From Microcoleaceae cyanobacterium (GTDB lineage: Bacteria; Cyanobacteriota; Cyanobacteriia; Cyanobacteriales; Microcoleaceae): DNA of 42,073 nt. Below are positions 8,317 to 19,740 of this stretch, in pieces. Numbering within the stretch: position 1 is the stretch's first letter; each line of letters starts with the position of its first letter. The stretch lies in assembly GCA_051652765.1 (NCBI GenBank), contig JBOFUV010000003.1, forward strand, positions 1 to 42,073, read 5' to 3'. Position numbers and translations under genes: made by a program. The notes beneath the pieces were generated by a model that ran no database searches, was not told the origin of the DNA, and worked only from the letters and a program-made list of their open reading frames with translations.

Positions 8317-8784
8317 AGTTCACTGTTGCCAAATTAAAAAACTGCTTCTAAGGCTCAAAATCTCAGGGATTTTTAAAGCCTCTACTGAGCGAGAGCTATT
8401 AGCTGGTCTGAGAAGTTGAAAGGCAGCAGCGGCATGTGCATAAGTACGTAGCTAAAGTGCTAAACGGGCGATGTTTCAAAGCTGTCAGTCGTGCTTTCCT
8501 GACTGAACGTGCAGAATCATAAGGCGCAGTTAAGGATACTGAACAACTTATTAGTTATTCAAGTCCGTGCGACTTTTAATGTAGTTCTAGAGTTTTCTAG
8601 GCTGCAGCTTATAGATTAGACGACCTAGCCAATTTGTACAGTTCAAGATAACCAACCTGTTTTGTGATTGCAGTGCTTCTGCACAAAACGGATGTTTCTT
8701 TGAGCTTTGAGTGGGCGATTCCCAGAGCGGTGAATCCGGTTCTATCGATCAAAAGTCAAACTAAAGGAAGAGGGGCGAGTTTAA

Positions 8785-9468
8785 GTGTCTTTAGGTATCC
8801 TTGGGACAAAGCTCGGCATGACTCAAGTCTTTGAAGCTGATACTGGAAAAGCAGTTCCGGTAACAGTGATTCAAGTAGGGCCATGCATAGTGACTCAGGT
8901 AAAAACTGAGCAAACAGATGGCTACGTTGCCGTACAGATTGGTTATGGCGAAGTTAAGGACAAGGTTCGTAAGCTCAACACCAAAAAGTCTCCGGGCAAA
9001 GAGGTGAACAAGTATCTGAGTAATGCTGAGCAGGGTCACCTTGTTAAGTCTGGGGGGACTCTGGTTCGTCATTTGCGAGAATACCGTGTGTCCAACACGG
9101 GGAGCTTTGAATTGGGGCAGCAGATTAAAGTTGACATCTTTGAGCCAGGTCAACTGGTTGATGTAACCGGAACCAGTATGGGTCGAGGGTTTGCAGGCTA
9201 TCAGAAGCGGCACAACTTCAAGCGAGGCCCCATGGCTCATGGTTCAAAGAATCATCGTCAGCCTGGTTCGATCGGCCCTGGAACAACGCCGGGTCGAGTT
9301 TATCCCGGCAAGCGGATGGCTGGACGGTATGGCGGTAAGCAGATTACGACTCGCAAGTTGACAGTTGTGCGGATTGATCCAGAACGAAATCTGATTTTGA
9401 TCAGAGGTGCTGTTCCGGGTAAGCCAGGTGGATTGCTCAGCATTGCACCGGCCAATCTAGTGACTTAG
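8785..9468 (+). CDS. rplC: 50S ribosomal protein L3
   Basis: [39 protein letters not shown] start. Confidence 0.98.
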   Translation: MSLGILGTKLGMTQVFEADTGKAVPVTVIQVGPCIVTQVKTEQTDGYVAVQIGYGEVKDKVRKLNTKKSPGKEVNKYLSNAEQGHLVKSGGTLVRHLREYRVSNTGSFELGQQIKVDIFEPGQLVDVTGTSMGRGFAGYQKRHNFKRGPMAHGSKNHRQPGSIGPGTTPGRVYPGKRMAGRYGGKQITTRKLTVVRIDPERNLILIRGAVPGKPGGLLSIAPANLVT

Positions 9469-9491
9469 AAACAGAAATAAGAGGGAAAGAC

Positions 9492-10124
9492 ATGGTTGAG
9501 TGTGTTGTCCGCAATTGGGAAGGTGAAGAAGTCGGGCAAGCCACCTTTGAGCTTAAGGTTGCGAAAGAAAAGACTGCGGCTCATATTGTTCATCGAGCCC
9601 TAATGCGCCAGATGAATAATGCCCGTCAGGGAACTGCCAGTACTAAGACGCGAGCAGAAGTTCGAGGGGGTGGACGTAAGCCTTGGAGACAAAAAGGAAC
9701 CGGGCGAGCGCGAGCAGGTTCGATTCGTTCACCGCTCTGGCGGGGAGGTGGTGTAACCTTTGGGCCAAAGCCTAGGGATTACTCAGTCAAGATGAACCGC
9801 AAAGAGAGACGTTTAGCCTTGCGGACTGCGTTTCAGAGTCGAGCAGCCGACCTGATTGTTGTGGAAGAGTTTGCTGAACAGTTCCCTCAGCCTAAGACAA
9901 AAGACTTGCTGGCAGCGATCGTCCGTTGGGGTGTCGAACCCGATACCAAGGTTTTATTGATCTTGCCTGAAAAGCAGGACACTGTTTATTTGTCCGGTCG
10001 CAACGTTGCCACCCTTCAGGTCTGTCTGGCAGATAGCTTGAATGTTTATAGCGTTTTAGCTGCCGACAAAATTGTGACCACCCCTAGTGCTCTTGCCAAG
10101 ATTCAGGAGATTTACAGTGATTGA
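9492..10124 (+). CDS. rplD: 50S ribosomal protein L4
   Basis: [33 protein letters not shown]. Confidence 0.98.
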   Translation: MVECVVRNWEGEEVGQATFELKVAKEKTAAHIVHRALMRQMNNARQGTASTKTRAEVRGGGRKPWRQKGTGRARAGSIRSPLWRGGGVTFGPKPRDYSVKMNRKERRLALRTAFQSRAADLIVVEEFAEQFPQPKTKDLLAAIVRWGVEPDTKVLLILPEKQDTVYLSGRNVATLQVCLADSLNVYSVLAADKIVTTPSALAKIQEIYSD

Positions 10125-10425
10125 GTACAATCCCCGTGACTTAGCTGATATCGTTCGGCGACCCATCCTAACTGAACGAGCAACCCTGATGATGGAGCTG
10201 AACCAGTATACATTTGATGTCGATCCGCGAGCGACCAAACCGATGATCAAGCAAGCAATTGAACTGTTGTTTGCGGTGAAAGTGTTAAGCGTCAATACTC
10301 ACAATCCTCCTCGAAAGCAGCGGAGAGTGGGAAAATTTGCTGGGTTCAAGTCTCGTTACAAGCGGGCAATTGTCACCTTAGAAGATGGGGAAGTGATGCG
10401 AAAGCTTCTGTTCCCAGAGGTTTAG
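10117..10425 (+). CDS. rplW: 50S ribosomal protein L23
   Basis: RPILTE...YTFDV...VNT...[11 protein letters not shown] at 10117 overlapping the rplD end. Confidence 0.95.
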   Translation: MIEYNPRDLADIVRRPILTERATLMMELNQYTFDVDPRATKPMIKQAIELLFAVKVLSVNTHNPPRKQRRVGKFAGFKSRYKRAIVTLEDGEVMRKLLFPEV

Positions 10426-10532
10426 GTTTAGTAGGAGCTGTTTTCAACTGAAGCTGTTAGCTAGAACCAGAGTTCTGGGCTAGGAGCGCTTCTGAACTAT
10501 AAGCATTAAGTCGCAAGTATAAAAGGCAAATT

Positions 10533-11396
10533 ATGGGAATTCGTGCATATCGACCCTATACTCCTAGCACCCGTCAGCATACGGTTTCAGACTTTGCGGA
10601 GATCACCCGTTCAGATCCTGAACGATCTCTGTTAGCGTTCAAACACCGTCACAAGGGTAGAAATAACCGGGGAGTCATTACCTGTAGGCATCATGGGGGC
10701 GGTCATCGGCAGCTCTATCGGATCATTGATTTTCGGCGGGATAAGCTGAACATTCCGGCCAAAGTTGCTGAAATTGAGTATGACCCCAATCGGAATGCTC
10801 GGATTGCATTGCTATATTATACCGATGGCGAAAAGCGGTATATTCTTCATCCTTTAGGACTGGCAGTGGGAACCGTGATCATTTCTGGGCCTGAGGCACC
10901 AATCGAGATCGGGAATGCCCTACCCCTGATTAAAATTCCTTTAGGAACAGACGTTCATAACGTTGAGTTGATTCCAGGCAAAGGGGGGCAGATTGTTCGG
11001 GCAGCGGGAACTGCTGCTCAACTCATGGCCAAGGAAGGGGACTATGTGACATTGAGATTGCCTTCAGGGGAACAGCGCAAGGTTCCATCCCGATGCTATG
11101 CCACGATTGGTCAAGTCGGCAATGCTGATATCCGCAACTTGAGTATTGGCAAGGCCGGTCGAAATCGTTGGCTAGGGAAACGTCCCACCGTGCGCGGAAG
11201 TGTGATGAACCCTGTTGACCACCCCCATGGGGGTGGAGAAGGGCGAGCACCTATTGGCCGCAGTGGCCCAGTGTCCCCTTGGGGCAAGCCAGCTTTGGGA
11301 GGTAAAACCCGTGATCCCAAGAAACGGAGCAGTGCACTCATTGTGCGACGACGGCGGAAGTCTTCGAAGCGCGGCAAAGGGGGCCGTCAGTCTTAA
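10533..11396 (+). CDS. rplB: 50S ribosomal protein L2
   Basis: [26 protein letters not shown]. Confidence 0.98.
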   Translation: MGIRAYRPYTPSTRQHTVSDFAEITRSDPERSLLAFKHRHKGRNNRGVITCRHHGGGHRQLYRIIDFRRDKLNIPAKVAEIEYDPNRNARIALLYYTDGEKRYILHPLGLAVGTVIISGPEAPIEIGNALPLIKIPLGTDVHNVELIPGKGGQIVRAAGTAAQLMAKEGDYVTLRLPSGEQRKVPSRCYATIGQVGNADIRNLSIGKAGRNRWLGKRPTVRGSVMNPVDHPHGGGEGRAPIGRSGPVSPWGKPALGGKTRDPKKRSSALIVRRRRKSSKRGKGGRQS

Positions 11397-11482
11397 GGTC
11401 TGTCTGTTTTACACAACCTGTTTTGAATCTTCTGTCTTGAACGTTTTGCTTTGAACACTAACCCTTATCCCCTAATCTGACT

Positions 11483-11761
11483 ATGTCTCGTTCTCTAAAA
11501 AAAGGCCCGTTTGTTGCCGATCATCTTTTAAGCAAAATTGAAGCGCTAGATAATAGTGGCCGCAAGGAAGTGATTAAGACTTGGTCACGGGCCTCCACGA
11601 TTTTGCCCCTAATGATCGGTCACACCATTGCTGTTCACAACGGCAAGCAACATGTTCCAGTCTTTATCACTGAACAAATGGTCGGTCATAAGTTGGGGGA
11701 ATTTGCCCTAACCCGAACCTATAGAGGTCACGCCAAGAGTGATAAGAAAGCTCGTCGCTAA
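11483..11761 (+). CDS. rpsS: 30S ribosomal protein S19
   Basis: [19 protein letters not shown]. Confidence 0.98.
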   Translation: MSRSLKKGPFVADHLLSKIEALDNSGRKEVIKTWSRASTILPLMIGHTIAVHNGKQHVPVFITEQMVGHKLGEFALTRTYRGHAKSDKKARR

Positions 11762-11816
11762 GGGGATCTGAGGAATTGATTTTACATCGAGCTAGTTGAT
11801 GGAGTAGTGAAACACT

Positions 11817-12179
11817 ATGGCTATAGACACTGATTCTGAAGTTAAGGCGATCGCTCGCTATATCAGAATATCCCCTGACAAAGTTAGACGGGTACTCGAT
11901 CAAATTCGGGGACAGTCCTACCGAGATGCTCTGATTATGCTTGAGTTTATGCCCTATCGAGCCTGTGAGCCGATTCTTAAGGTACTGCGTTCGGCAGTTG
12001 CGAATGCCGAGCACAACGAAGGGCTTGATCCCGCTACTCTGATGGTTTCGACTGCTTACGCTGACCAAGGCCCAAGTTTGAAGCGTTTTCAACCTCGGGC
12101 TCAAGGGCGAGCTTATCCCATTCGTAAGCCAACTTGTCATATTACCGTGGCAGTTGCACCCAGAATTGAGACCAAATAA
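11817..12179 (+). CDS. rplV: 50S ribosomal protein L22
   Basis: [16 protein letters not shown]...HITV. Confidence 0.98.
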   Translation: MAIDTDSEVKAIARYIRISPDKVRRVLDQIRGQSYRDALIMLEFMPYRACEPILKVLRSAVANAEHNEGLDPATLMVSTAYADQGPSLKRFQPRAQGRAYPIRKPTCHITVAVAPRIETK

Positions 12180-12199
12180 ACCGTTATCTACAAGCGATT

Positions 12200-12928
12200 A
12201 TGGGACAAAAAATTCATCCGATCGGTTTCCGACTCGGCATTACCCAAGAGCATAGGTCATGCTGGTTTGCAGATCCCAAGCAATACCCGGAGCTTTTGCA
12301 AGAAGACTATAAAATTCGCAAGTACGTTTATAAGACTCTAAGCAATGCTGGAATTTCCAATATTCGAGTCGAACGGAAAGCCGATCAAATTGATCTTCAA
12401 GTGTTAACGGCAAGACCTGGCGTGGTAGTGGGTCGAGGCGGTGCAGGGATTGAAGCCTTAAGGGTTGGGCTCCAGAAAGAGTTGGGCAGTAGCCGTCAAA
12501 TTCGGATCAATGTGGTGGAAGTGGCTCGGGTTGATGCTGATGCCACCCTAATCGGAGAGTACATTGCCCAGCAACTTGAAAAGCGGGTTTCGTTTCGTCG
12601 AGTTGTCCGTCAAGCGATTACCAGAGCCCAGAAGGCAGGGATTGAGGGGATTAAGATTCAGGTCAGCGGTCGTCTGAACGGGGCAGAAATTGCCCGGACA
12701 GAATGGACGCGGGAAGGACGAGTTCCCCTCCACACCTTGAGAGCTGATATTGATTACGCCTACTGCACAGCCCTAACAATCTACGGAATTTTAGGCATTA
12801 AGGTCTGGGTATTCAAAGGAGAGATTATTCCAGGTCAGGAAGAGGTCGCTGCAACAGCTAATGTTGCTCAGCCTCGTCGCAAACAACCGCGTCGTCAGAA
12901 ATATGATGATCGATCCAATGAAACCTAA
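12200..12928 (+). CDS. rpsC: 30S ribosomal protein S3
   Basis: [27 protein letters not shown]. Confidence 0.98.
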   Translation: MGQKIHPIGFRLGITQEHRSCWFADPKQYPELLQEDYKIRKYVYKTLSNAGISNIRVERKADQIDLQVLTARPGVVVGRGGAGIEALRVGLQKELGSSRQIRINVVEVARVDADATLIGEYIAQQLEKRVSFRRVVRQAITRAQKAGIEGIKIQVSGRLNGAEIARTEWTREGRVPLHTLRADIDYAYCTALTIYGILGIKVWVFKGEIIPGQEEVAATANVAQPRRKQPRRQKYDDRSNET

Positions 12929-13029
12929 GCCTTGCCAAGGACTGATGGCGGTTTTTCAGTATGTTCAGATGCTTGCTTTGAGAAAGCAGCACTAATGCAC
13001 TTACCCCTAACACCTATCTCTAACAGCAA

Positions 13030-13539
13030 ATGCTAAGTCCTAAAAGAACGAAATTCCGCAAGCAACAGCGCGGACGCATGAAGGGTCAAGCGACTCGAGG
13101 CAACAAGATTGATTTTGGCGAATATGGCTTGCAGGCTCTAGAGCCATCTTGGATTACGGCTCGCCAAATTGAGGCAGCTCGTCGTGCCATGACTCGCTAT
13201 ATTCGTCGGGGTGGGAAAATTTGGATTCGGATTTTTCCAGATAAGCCCATTACGATGCGCCCTGCAGAAACCCGGATGGGTTCTGGAAAAGGGGCTCCTG
13301 AGTTCTGGGTTGCCGTCGTCAAGCCAGGTCGAATGATGTTTGAAATCGCCGGGGTTTCGGAAGCGATTGCTCGCGAAGCCATGCGCTTGGCAGCCTTTAA
13401 GTTGCCAATTAAAACTCGGTTTGTGATGCAGCAACAACAAGAGGTTGAATCTGAGACAGTTGAGGCAATTGAGGCAGTTGAGGCAGTTGAGGTTGAGCCA
13501 ATTGTTGAGACAGTCTTGGAGTCAAGCATGAGTGACTAG
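13030..13539 (+). CDS. rplP: 50S ribosomal protein L16 with acidic C-terminal extension
   Basis: [22 protein letters not shown]. Confidence 0.98.
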   Translation: MLSPKRTKFRKQQRGRMKGQATRGNKIDFGEYGLQALEPSWITARQIEAARRAMTRYIRRGGKIWIRIFPDKPITMRPAETRMGSGKGAPEFWVAVVKPGRMMFEIAGVSEAIAREAMRLAAFKLPIKTRFVMQQQQEVESETVEAIEAVEAVEVEPIVETVLESSMSD

Positions 13540-13602
13540 ACTTGGCAGTTTGCAGGCACTCATCCAGATACCAAATTGCAGGCACTAGATTGGGAGAAAG
13601 GC

Positions 13603-13899
13603 ATGGCATTTTCAAAGGTTGAAGAAGTGAGGCAGCTCGATAATCAAGAGCTAGCTGAACAGATTTTAGAGCTAAAGAAGAAACTGGTTAATTTAAGACT
13701 TCTGAAAGCGACAGGGCGCATGGAAAAACATCATGAGTTCAAACATACGCGGCATCGTTTGGCCCAATTGATGACGGTTGAGCATGAACGGAAGCAGCCT
13801 GAGCAGTCCATCTCTGACCCTGGGGTTGCAGAGGATGCATCTCAAGAGCAGACCGCATCTTTGGCTAAATCTATCTCTGATCAAACTGAAGCGGAATAG
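13603..13899 (+). CDS. rpmC: 50S ribosomal protein L29 with acidic C-terminal extension
   Basis: Position between rplP and rpsQ; HEFKHTRHRLAQLMTV; ATG at 13603 after GGAGAAAGG. Confidence 0.93.
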   Translation: MAFSKVEEVRQLDNQELAEQILELKKKLVNLRLLKATGRMEKHHEFKHTRHRLAQLMTVEHERKQPEQSISDPGVAEDASQEQTASLAKSISDQTEAE

Positions 13900-13998
13900 C
13901 CATGCTAGAGGTGAGCAATACATTTTTATGGGGGTTTAGGGGTTCTTCCACGTTTGATGTTCCAGGTTTAAGTGTTTTAGTTCTAGGATTGTAAAGCT

Positions 13999-14247
13999 AT
14001 GGCAGTTAAAGAAAGAGTTGGTTTAGTCATTAGCAATAAAATGCAGAAAACCGTCGTGGTTGCAGTAGAAAATCGTTCTCCTCATCCTAAGTACGGCAAG
14101 ATCGTAGTGAAAACAAAGCACTACAACGCTCATGATGCAGACAATCAATGCCAGGAAGGAGATCGGGTTTTAATTCAAGAAACTCGTCCTTTGAGCAAAA
14201 CAAAGCGCTGGAATGTGATTGAAATTTTAAATGTGAAATCCAAGTAA
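13999..14247 (+). CDS. rpsQ: 30S ribosomal protein S17
   Basis: [19 protein letters not shown]. Confidence 0.98.
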   Translation: MAVKERVGLVISNKMQKTVVVAVENRSPHPKYGKIVVKTKHYNAHDADNQCQEGDRVLIQETRPLSKTKRWNVIEILNVKSK

Positions 14248-14295
14248 AGATTTTCCTGTGACTGATCGATTCAAACTCTAGAAGAGAAAGAAGCC

Positions 14296-14664
14296 ATGAT
14301 TCAAACGCAGTCGTTATTAAATGTTGCTGACAACAGCGGGGCTCGGAAGTTAATGTGCATTCGGGTTCTCGGGGGCGGCAATCGTCGTTACGCCTTCATT
14401 GGAGATGAAATTATTGCCGTAGTTAAGGATGCTATTCCAAACATGGCGGTTAAAAAGTCGGACGTAGTGAGAGCCGTTGTTGTCCGAACTCGTCACAATT
14501 TGCGGCGGGACAGTGGCATGAGTATTCGGTTTGATGACAATGCTGCTGTCATTATCAACCCGGATGGAAACCCAAAAGGAACTCGTGTTTTCGGGCCTGT
14601 TGCTCGTGAATTGCGGGAAAAGAACTACATGAAGATTGTGTCTTTAGCACCGGAGGTTCTTTAA
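14296..14664 (+). CDS. rplN: 50S ribosomal protein L14
   Basis: [26 protein letters not shown]. Confidence 0.98.
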   Translation: MIQTQSLLNVADNSGARKLMCIRVLGGGNRRYAFIGDEIIAVVKDAIPNMAVKKSDVVRAVVVRTRHNLRRDSGMSIRFDDNAAVIINPDGNPKGTRVFGPVARELREKNYMKIVSLAPEVL

Positions 14665-14665
14665 G

Positions 14666-15028
14666 ATGCTAGGCAAACAAAAGCAAGGCCCTCAAAAAAG
14701 CACTGAAGCCATCAAGATGCACGTTAAGAAGGGCGATACCGTGCAAGTGATTAGCGGGCGCGACAAAGGAAAAGTGGGGGAAGTCCTCAAAGCGATGCCC
14801 AAAATCAGCAAGGTGATTATTAAAGATGTGAATGTCCGCACGAAGCACGTTAAGCCGACTCAAGAAGGAGAATCGGGTCGGGTTGTGACTTTTGAAGCTC
14901 CGATTCACAGCTCTAACGTCATGCTCTATTCCAGTAAAGAAAAGGTTGCTAGCCGAGTTGGCTATACCTTTACTGAGGATGGTCGCAAGGTACGGATGTT
15001 GAAGCGAACTGGAGAAATCATTGATTGA
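14666..15028 (+). CDS. rplX: 50S ribosomal protein L24
   Basis: KOW motif [30 protein letters not shown]. Confidence 0.97.
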   Translation: MLGKQKQGPQKSTEAIKMHVKKGDTVQVISGRDKGKVGEVLKAMPKISKVIIKDVNVRTKHVKPTQEGESGRVVTFEAPIHSSNVMLYSSKEKVASRVGYTFTEDGRKVRMLKRTGEIID

Positions 15029-15118
15029 TCCGATTTCCACTCCAACCCAAAGTGTAGCCTGACTTTACATTCAAACTTGTCCTGACCCAGCCCAGGAATA
15101 TTCAAAGGAGATTGAACT

Positions 15119-15664
15119 ATGGCTTCTAAGCTGAAAACCCAATATCAGGAGCAAATTGTTCCTAAGTTGATGGAGCAATTTAAGTACGAAAATATCCATC
15201 AAGTTCCCAAGGTGACGAAGGTGACTCTGAATCGAGGACTCGGTGAAGCCTCTCAGAATGCTAAGGCTCTAGAGTCTTCGGTCAAAGAGATCGGGATTAT
15301 CACTGGCCAGAAACCCGTAGTCACCCGTGCGAAGAAGGCGATCGCTGGCTTCAAGATTCGTCAAGGAATGCCCGTTGGAGTCATGGTCACCCTGCGCGCT
15401 GACCGGATGTATTCATTTCTGGAACGGTTGATTCATCTATCTCTGCCTCGGATTCGAGATTTTCGCGGGATTAGCCCTAAGAGCTTTGACGGTCGAGGCA
15501 ATTACAGTTTGGGAGTCAGAGAGCAACTGATCTTCCCTGAGATTGAATACGACAGCATCGACCAAATCCGAGGCTTAGACATTTCAATCATTACGACCGC
15601 TAAGACTGACGAGGAAGGGCGTGCCTTACTGAAAGAAATGGGAATGCCTTTTCGGGAGAGTTAA
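15119..15664 (+). CDS. rplE: 50S ribosomal protein L5
   Basis: [20 protein letters not shown]. Confidence 0.98.
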   Translation: MASKLKTQYQEQIVPKLMEQFKYENIHQVPKVTKVTLNRGLGEASQNAKALESSVKEIGIITGQKPVVTRAKKAIAGFKIRQGMPVGVMVTLRADRMYSFLERLIHLSLPRIRDFRGISPKSFDGRGNYSLGVREQLIFPEIEYDSIDQIRGLDISIITTAKTDEEGRALLKEMGMPFRES

Positions 15665-15686
15665 GGAAGCAAACTAGTAAGTAACT

Positions 15687-16088
15687 ATGGCAACAAACGA
15701 TACCATTTCAGATATGTTGACCCGCATTCGCAACTCTTGCATGGCGCGTCATCGAACTACTCAAATCCCATTGACTCGGATGACTCGGAGTATTGCTCAA
15801 GTTCTCAGGGACGAAGGCTTCATCGGAGAGGTTGAGGAAGTGGGAGAAGGTCTCAGAAGAAATTTGGTTTTATCTCTGAAGTACCATCCCAAGACCCGAA
15901 TGCCCACGATTAGAACCCTGAAGCGGGTGAGTCGCCCTGGTTTACGAGTTTACAAAAATCGGAAAGAACTCCCACGGGTTTTAGGGGGGATTGGAATTGC
16001 CATCATCTCGACCTCAAAAGGCGTGATGACAGACCGAGAGGCTCGCCGTCAAGGGATTGGTGGAGAAATTCTGTGTTACATCTGGTAA
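15687..16088 (+). CDS. rpsH: 30S ribosomal protein S8
   Basis: [25 protein letters not shown]. Confidence 0.98.
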   Translation: MATNDTISDMLTRIRNSCMARHRTTQIPLTRMTRSIAQVLRDEGFIGEVEEVGEGLRRNLVLSLKYHPKTRMPTIRTLKRVSRPGLRVYKNRKELPRVLGGIGIAIISTSKGVMTDREARRQGIGGEILCYIW

Positions 16089-16193
16089 CCCCGGTATCAG
16101 TTGACTGGTGTCGGTCGATCTGAAGCTGATAATTTTTATCCCTATTGTGAGTCAGAGCTAAACCCCTAGTAACGAATACTGAGTAAAGCGACT

Positions 16194-16733
16194 ATGTCTA
16201 GGATTGGTAAACGTCCAATACCTGTGCCATCGAAGGTGACCCTAACTATTGATGGGCAACAGGTTAAAGTTAAAGGGCCAAAGGGAGAACTCTCCCGTGA
16301 GCTGCCCGCAGAAGTTTTGGTTGAACAGGCAGGAGAAATGGTCACGATCACACGGCGAGATGAGTCACGTCCAGCTCGTCAGCGTCACGGTCTATCTCGA
16401 ACCTTAGTCGCCAATATGGTTGAGGGAGTCTCGAAAGGCTTTGAAAAGCGCCTGGAAATTCAAGGGGTGGGCTATCGTGCCCAGGTTCAGGGACGCAACT
16501 TGATTCTAAACGTTGGATATAGCAAACCCGTTGAGATGAAGCCCCCCGAAGGGATTACCTTGGCCGTAGAAGGGAATACAAACGTCATTGTCACTGGCAT
16601 TGACAAAGAAATCGTTGGCAACATGGCTGCTCAAATTCGAGCCGTTCGTCCACCTGAACCGTATAAAGGGAAAGGAATTCGCTATGCCGGAGAACAAGTA
16701 AGACGTAAAGCTGGTAAGTCAGGGAAGAAATAA
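16194..16733 (+). CDS. rplF: 50S ribosomal protein L6
   Basis: [22 protein letters not shown]. Confidence 0.98.
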   Translation: MSRIGKRPIPVPSKVTLTIDGQQVKVKGPKGELSRELPAEVLVEQAGEMVTITRRDESRPARQRHGLSRTLVANMVEGVSKGFEKRLEIQGVGYRAQVQGRNLILNVGYSKPVEMKPPEGITLAVEGNTNVIVTGIDKEIVGNMAAQIRAVRPPEPYKGKGIRYAGEQVRRKAGKSGKK

Positions 16734-16736
16734 ACT

Positions 16737-17099
16737 ATGAAACTTACTCGTCAAGAATCCCGTGAACGTCGCCATCGTCGAGTGCGGCGTAGTGTATTTG
16801 GAACCTCTGAACGGCCTCGAATGGCAGTGTTCCGTTCTCATAAGCACATCTATGTTCAAGTCATTGATGACACAAAGCAGCACACCCTAGTGGCTGCCTC
16901 AACCCTCGATCCTGAATTGAAGACTCAAGTTGAGTCTGGTGGAACTTGTGATGCTTCCATGCAAGTCGGTCAGCTCGTTGCCCAGCGATCGCTCTCCCAA
17001 GGCATCACCAAAGTGGTGTTTGACCGAGGGGGATATCTCTACCATGGTCGGGTTAAAGCATTAGCCGAAGCTGCCCGTGAAGCTGGATTGGACTTCTAA
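16737..17099 (+). CDS. rplR: 50S ribosomal protein L18
   Basis: [26 protein letters not shown]. Confidence 0.98.
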   Translation: MKLTRQESRERRHRRVRRSVFGTSERPRMAVFRSHKHIYVQVIDDTKQHTLVAASTLDPELKTQVESGGTCDASMQVGQLVAQRSLSQGITKVVFDRGGYLYHGRVKALAEAAREAGLDF

Positions 17100-17164
17100 T
17101 AAGATTGGGTTGCTCTCGTTATGATCTGAAACTCGGATGACAAATAACGGATAACAAATAAACT

Positions 17165-17701
17165 ATGTCAGAACAACAACAACAGCGTCGAAAAAAAGGA
17201 AATCGTACCAAGGAAAAAGAGTCGGAGTGGCAAGAGCGGGTAGTTCAAATCCGTCGAGTTACTAAAGTTGTGAAGGGGGGTAAGAAATTAAGCTTCCGGG
17301 CCATCGTGATTGTTGGAAACGAACGCGGTCAAGTCGGAGTCGGGGTTGGCAAAGCGGCTGATGTCATTGGTGCCGTAAAGAAGGGGGTGGCGGATGGCCG
17401 CAAGAACCTGATTACCGTGCCTCTAACTCGCTCATTCTCAATCCCCCATCTCTCGAACGGGGCAGGTGGAGGTGCCAAGGTAATGATTCGTCCGGCTACG
17501 CCCGGTACGGGTGTAATTGCCGGGGGAGCTGTCCGAACTGTTTTAGAGCTAGCTGGTGTGCGGAACGTCCTGGCAAAGCAGCTAGGATCTGGCAATCCCC
17601 TAAACAATGCTAGAGCAACGGTAGATGCCCTCTCAACCCTACGCACGTTCTCAGACGTTGCAGCGGAGCGCGGGGTTCCGGTTGAGCAGTTCTATGCTTA
17701 A
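17165..17701 (+). CDS. rpsE: 30S ribosomal protein S5
   Basis: [20 protein letters not shown]. Confidence 0.98.
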   Translation: MSEQQQQRRKKGNRTKEKESEWQERVVQIRRVTKVVKGGKKLSFRAIVIVGNERGQVGVGVGKAADVIGAVKKGVADGRKNLITVPLTRSFSIPHLSNGAGGGAKVMIRPATPGTGVIAGGAVRTVLELAGVRNVLAKQLGSGNPLNNARATVDALSTLRTFSDVAAERGVPVEQFYA

Positions 17702-17806
17702 CCATTGGGTCAAGCCGCTCCAGAAATTGCTTGTCGGAAAAGCAGAAATGACCGTGATTATCCTGTCAACGGATTGAAGTTTGTAGAGTTTTTAGAGGGC
17801 TTGAGG

Positions 17807-18373
17807 ATGAGACTAAAAGATGCAGTTCCGAATGAAGGGTCTCGAACCAGAGGCCGTCGTGTTGGCCGAGGCATTTCTGCGGGTCAAGGGGCCAGTTGTG
17901 GTAAGGGAATGCGAGGGCAGAAGTCCCGCTCAGGTCGGGGCACTCGGCCTGGATTTGAAGGGGGTCAGAACCCATTGTACCGACGCTTACCAAAATTGAA
18001 AGGCTTTCCCCTTGTTCATCGGAAGCAGTACACTACCATTAATGTAGAACGGTTGGCATCACTTCCAGTCAATTCAGAGGTAACCCTAGCTTCTCTCATG
18101 GAAGTTGGGATTGTTACGACTAATGATGGGCCATTAAAGCTTCTAGGGGATGGAGAGTTAGGGGTTGCTCTGACTGTTAAAGCAGCCGCTTTTACCAAAA
18201 CTGCCCGAAGCAAGATTGAGGCTGCAGGGGGAACCTGTGAAGTGATCAAAACCCGCCGTCAGACTAAGGGAGAGATGGTTCAGTCTCAAGATCAAGAGAT
18301 TTCCTCTGAAGTCGAGGCCCTCTCTGAGGTCAAGGCTCCCTCCGCAGAGGAGACCACATCTGAAGAAGAATAG
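17807..18373 (+). CDS. rplO: 50S ribosomal protein L15 with acidic C-terminal extension
   Basis: [11 protein letters not shown]...[14 protein letters not shown]; true start ATG 17807 rather than the track's 17705. Confidence 0.96.
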   Translation: MRLKDAVPNEGSRTRGRRVGRGISAGQGASCGKGMRGQKSRSGRGTRPGFEGGQNPLYRRLPKLKGFPLVHRKQYTTINVERLASLPVNSEVTLASLMEVGIVTTNDGPLKLLGDGELGVALTVKAAAFTKTARSKIEAAGGTCEVIKTRRQTKGEMVQSQDQEISSEVEALSEVKAPSAEETTSEEE

Positions 18374-18423
18374 ATCAATCTCTCAGCTCTTAAGCTCAGT
18401 CATCAATTAAGAGGTAGCCTTTC

Positions 18424-19740
18424 ATGGTTGTCAGTCGAGATAAAATACCTACGGCCCAAGAAACGTTTATGCAGATGGCCCAAGCTGCTGGTTTGAGGGG
18501 CCGTATTCTAGTAACCGTTGGTTTGCTAGTTCTAGTTCGTTTGGGTGTGTTTCTCCCGATTCCTGGAATTGATCGGGCCGCTTTTTCAGAAAATATCCAG
18601 AACAGTCCAGTGATTGGCCTGCTTGACCTGTTCGCGGGAGGGGGCTTATCCGCACTAGGAATTTTTGCTCTGGGAATTTTGCCTTATATTAATGCTTCCA
18701 TTATTATGCAGCTCATGACTGCAGCTCTTCCCAGCTTAGAAGATCTGCAAAAAAATGAAGGGGAAGCAGGGCGGCGCAAAATATCTCAGATTACTCGGTA
18801 TGTTGGCTTGGGTTGGGCCGTGCTGCAAAGTTTTGGTCTAGCGCTCTATATCAACAACCTGGCTGGAGTCCCTCAGAATCCCGGCCCTGTGTTTATTGCA
18901 GAGGTTGTTCTAGCACTGACCGCTGGCTCAATGTTTGTGATGTGGGTTTCAGAACTCATTACCGAGCGAGGAATTGGCAACGGAGCCTCTCTGCTGATTT
19001 TCGTGAATATTGTAGCGGTTTTGCCTCGATCTCTGGGTGACACGATTACCTTGGCTCAAAGCGGTGACCGAGCAATTGTTGGACGAGTCATCGTTCTACT
19101 GTTGATCTTCCTGGCAATGATTGTCGGGATTGTCTTTGTTCAGGAAGGGACTCGCCGAATTCCGATTGTTTCAGCTCGTCGTCAAGTGGGTCGCAAGCTC
19201 TATCGAGAACGAACGAGCTACTTGCCGTTGCGCCTGAATCAGGGCGGGGTAATGCCGATCATTTTTGCATCTGCTGTACTCATCATTCCGGCATCTCTGT
19301 CTCAGTTCACCAATAATCCAATTCTGACTAAGGTGGCAACGGCTTTAAGTCCAAGCGGCCAAAGTCCTTGGGCATACACCCTGTTTTATCTCTCACTGAT
19401 TCTGTTCTTCAGTTATTTCTATGCGTCTCTGATCATGAACCCGGTGGATATTTCTCAAAACCTGAAGAAAATGGGTGCGAGCGTTCCAGGAATTCGTCCC
19501 GGCAAAGCAACAAGCGAATATATTGAGCGAGTCTTGAATCGCTTAACCTTTCTGGGAGCTGTGTTTCTGGGGCTGGTTGCAATTATCCCAACCATCGTGG
19601 AGAGTGCAACGCGAGTTCCAACCTTTCGAGGATTTGGGGCAACGTCCCTGTTGATCTTAGTTGGCGTAGCAATTGATACAGCCAAACAAGTTCAAACCTA
19701 TGTAATTTCCCAACGATATGAAGGGATGGTGAAACAGTAG
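18424..19740 (+). CDS. secY: Preprotein translocase subunit SecY
   Basis: IFALGILPYINASII, GIGNGASL, PGIRPG, multiple TM helices. Confidence 0.98.
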   Translation: MVVSRDKIPTAQETFMQMAQAAGLRGRILVTVGLLVLVRLGVFLPIPGIDRAAFSENIQNSPVIGLLDLFAGGGLSALGIFALGILPYINASIIMQLMTAALPSLEDLQKNEGEAGRRKISQITRYVGLGWAVLQSFGLALYINNLAGVPQNPGPVFIAEVVLALTAGSMFVMWVSELITERGIGNGASLLIFVNIVAVLPRSLGDTITLAQSGDRAIVGRVIVLLLIFLAMIVGIVFVQEGTRRIPIVSARRQVGRKLYRERTSYLPLRLNQGGVMPIIFASAVLIIPASLSQFTNNPILTKVATALSPSGQSPWAYTLFYLSLILFFSYFYASLIMNPVDISQNLKKMGASVPGIRPGKATSEYIERVLNRLTFLGAVFLGLVAIIPTIVESATRVPTFRGFGATSLLILVGVAIDTAKQVQTYVISQRYEGMVKQ

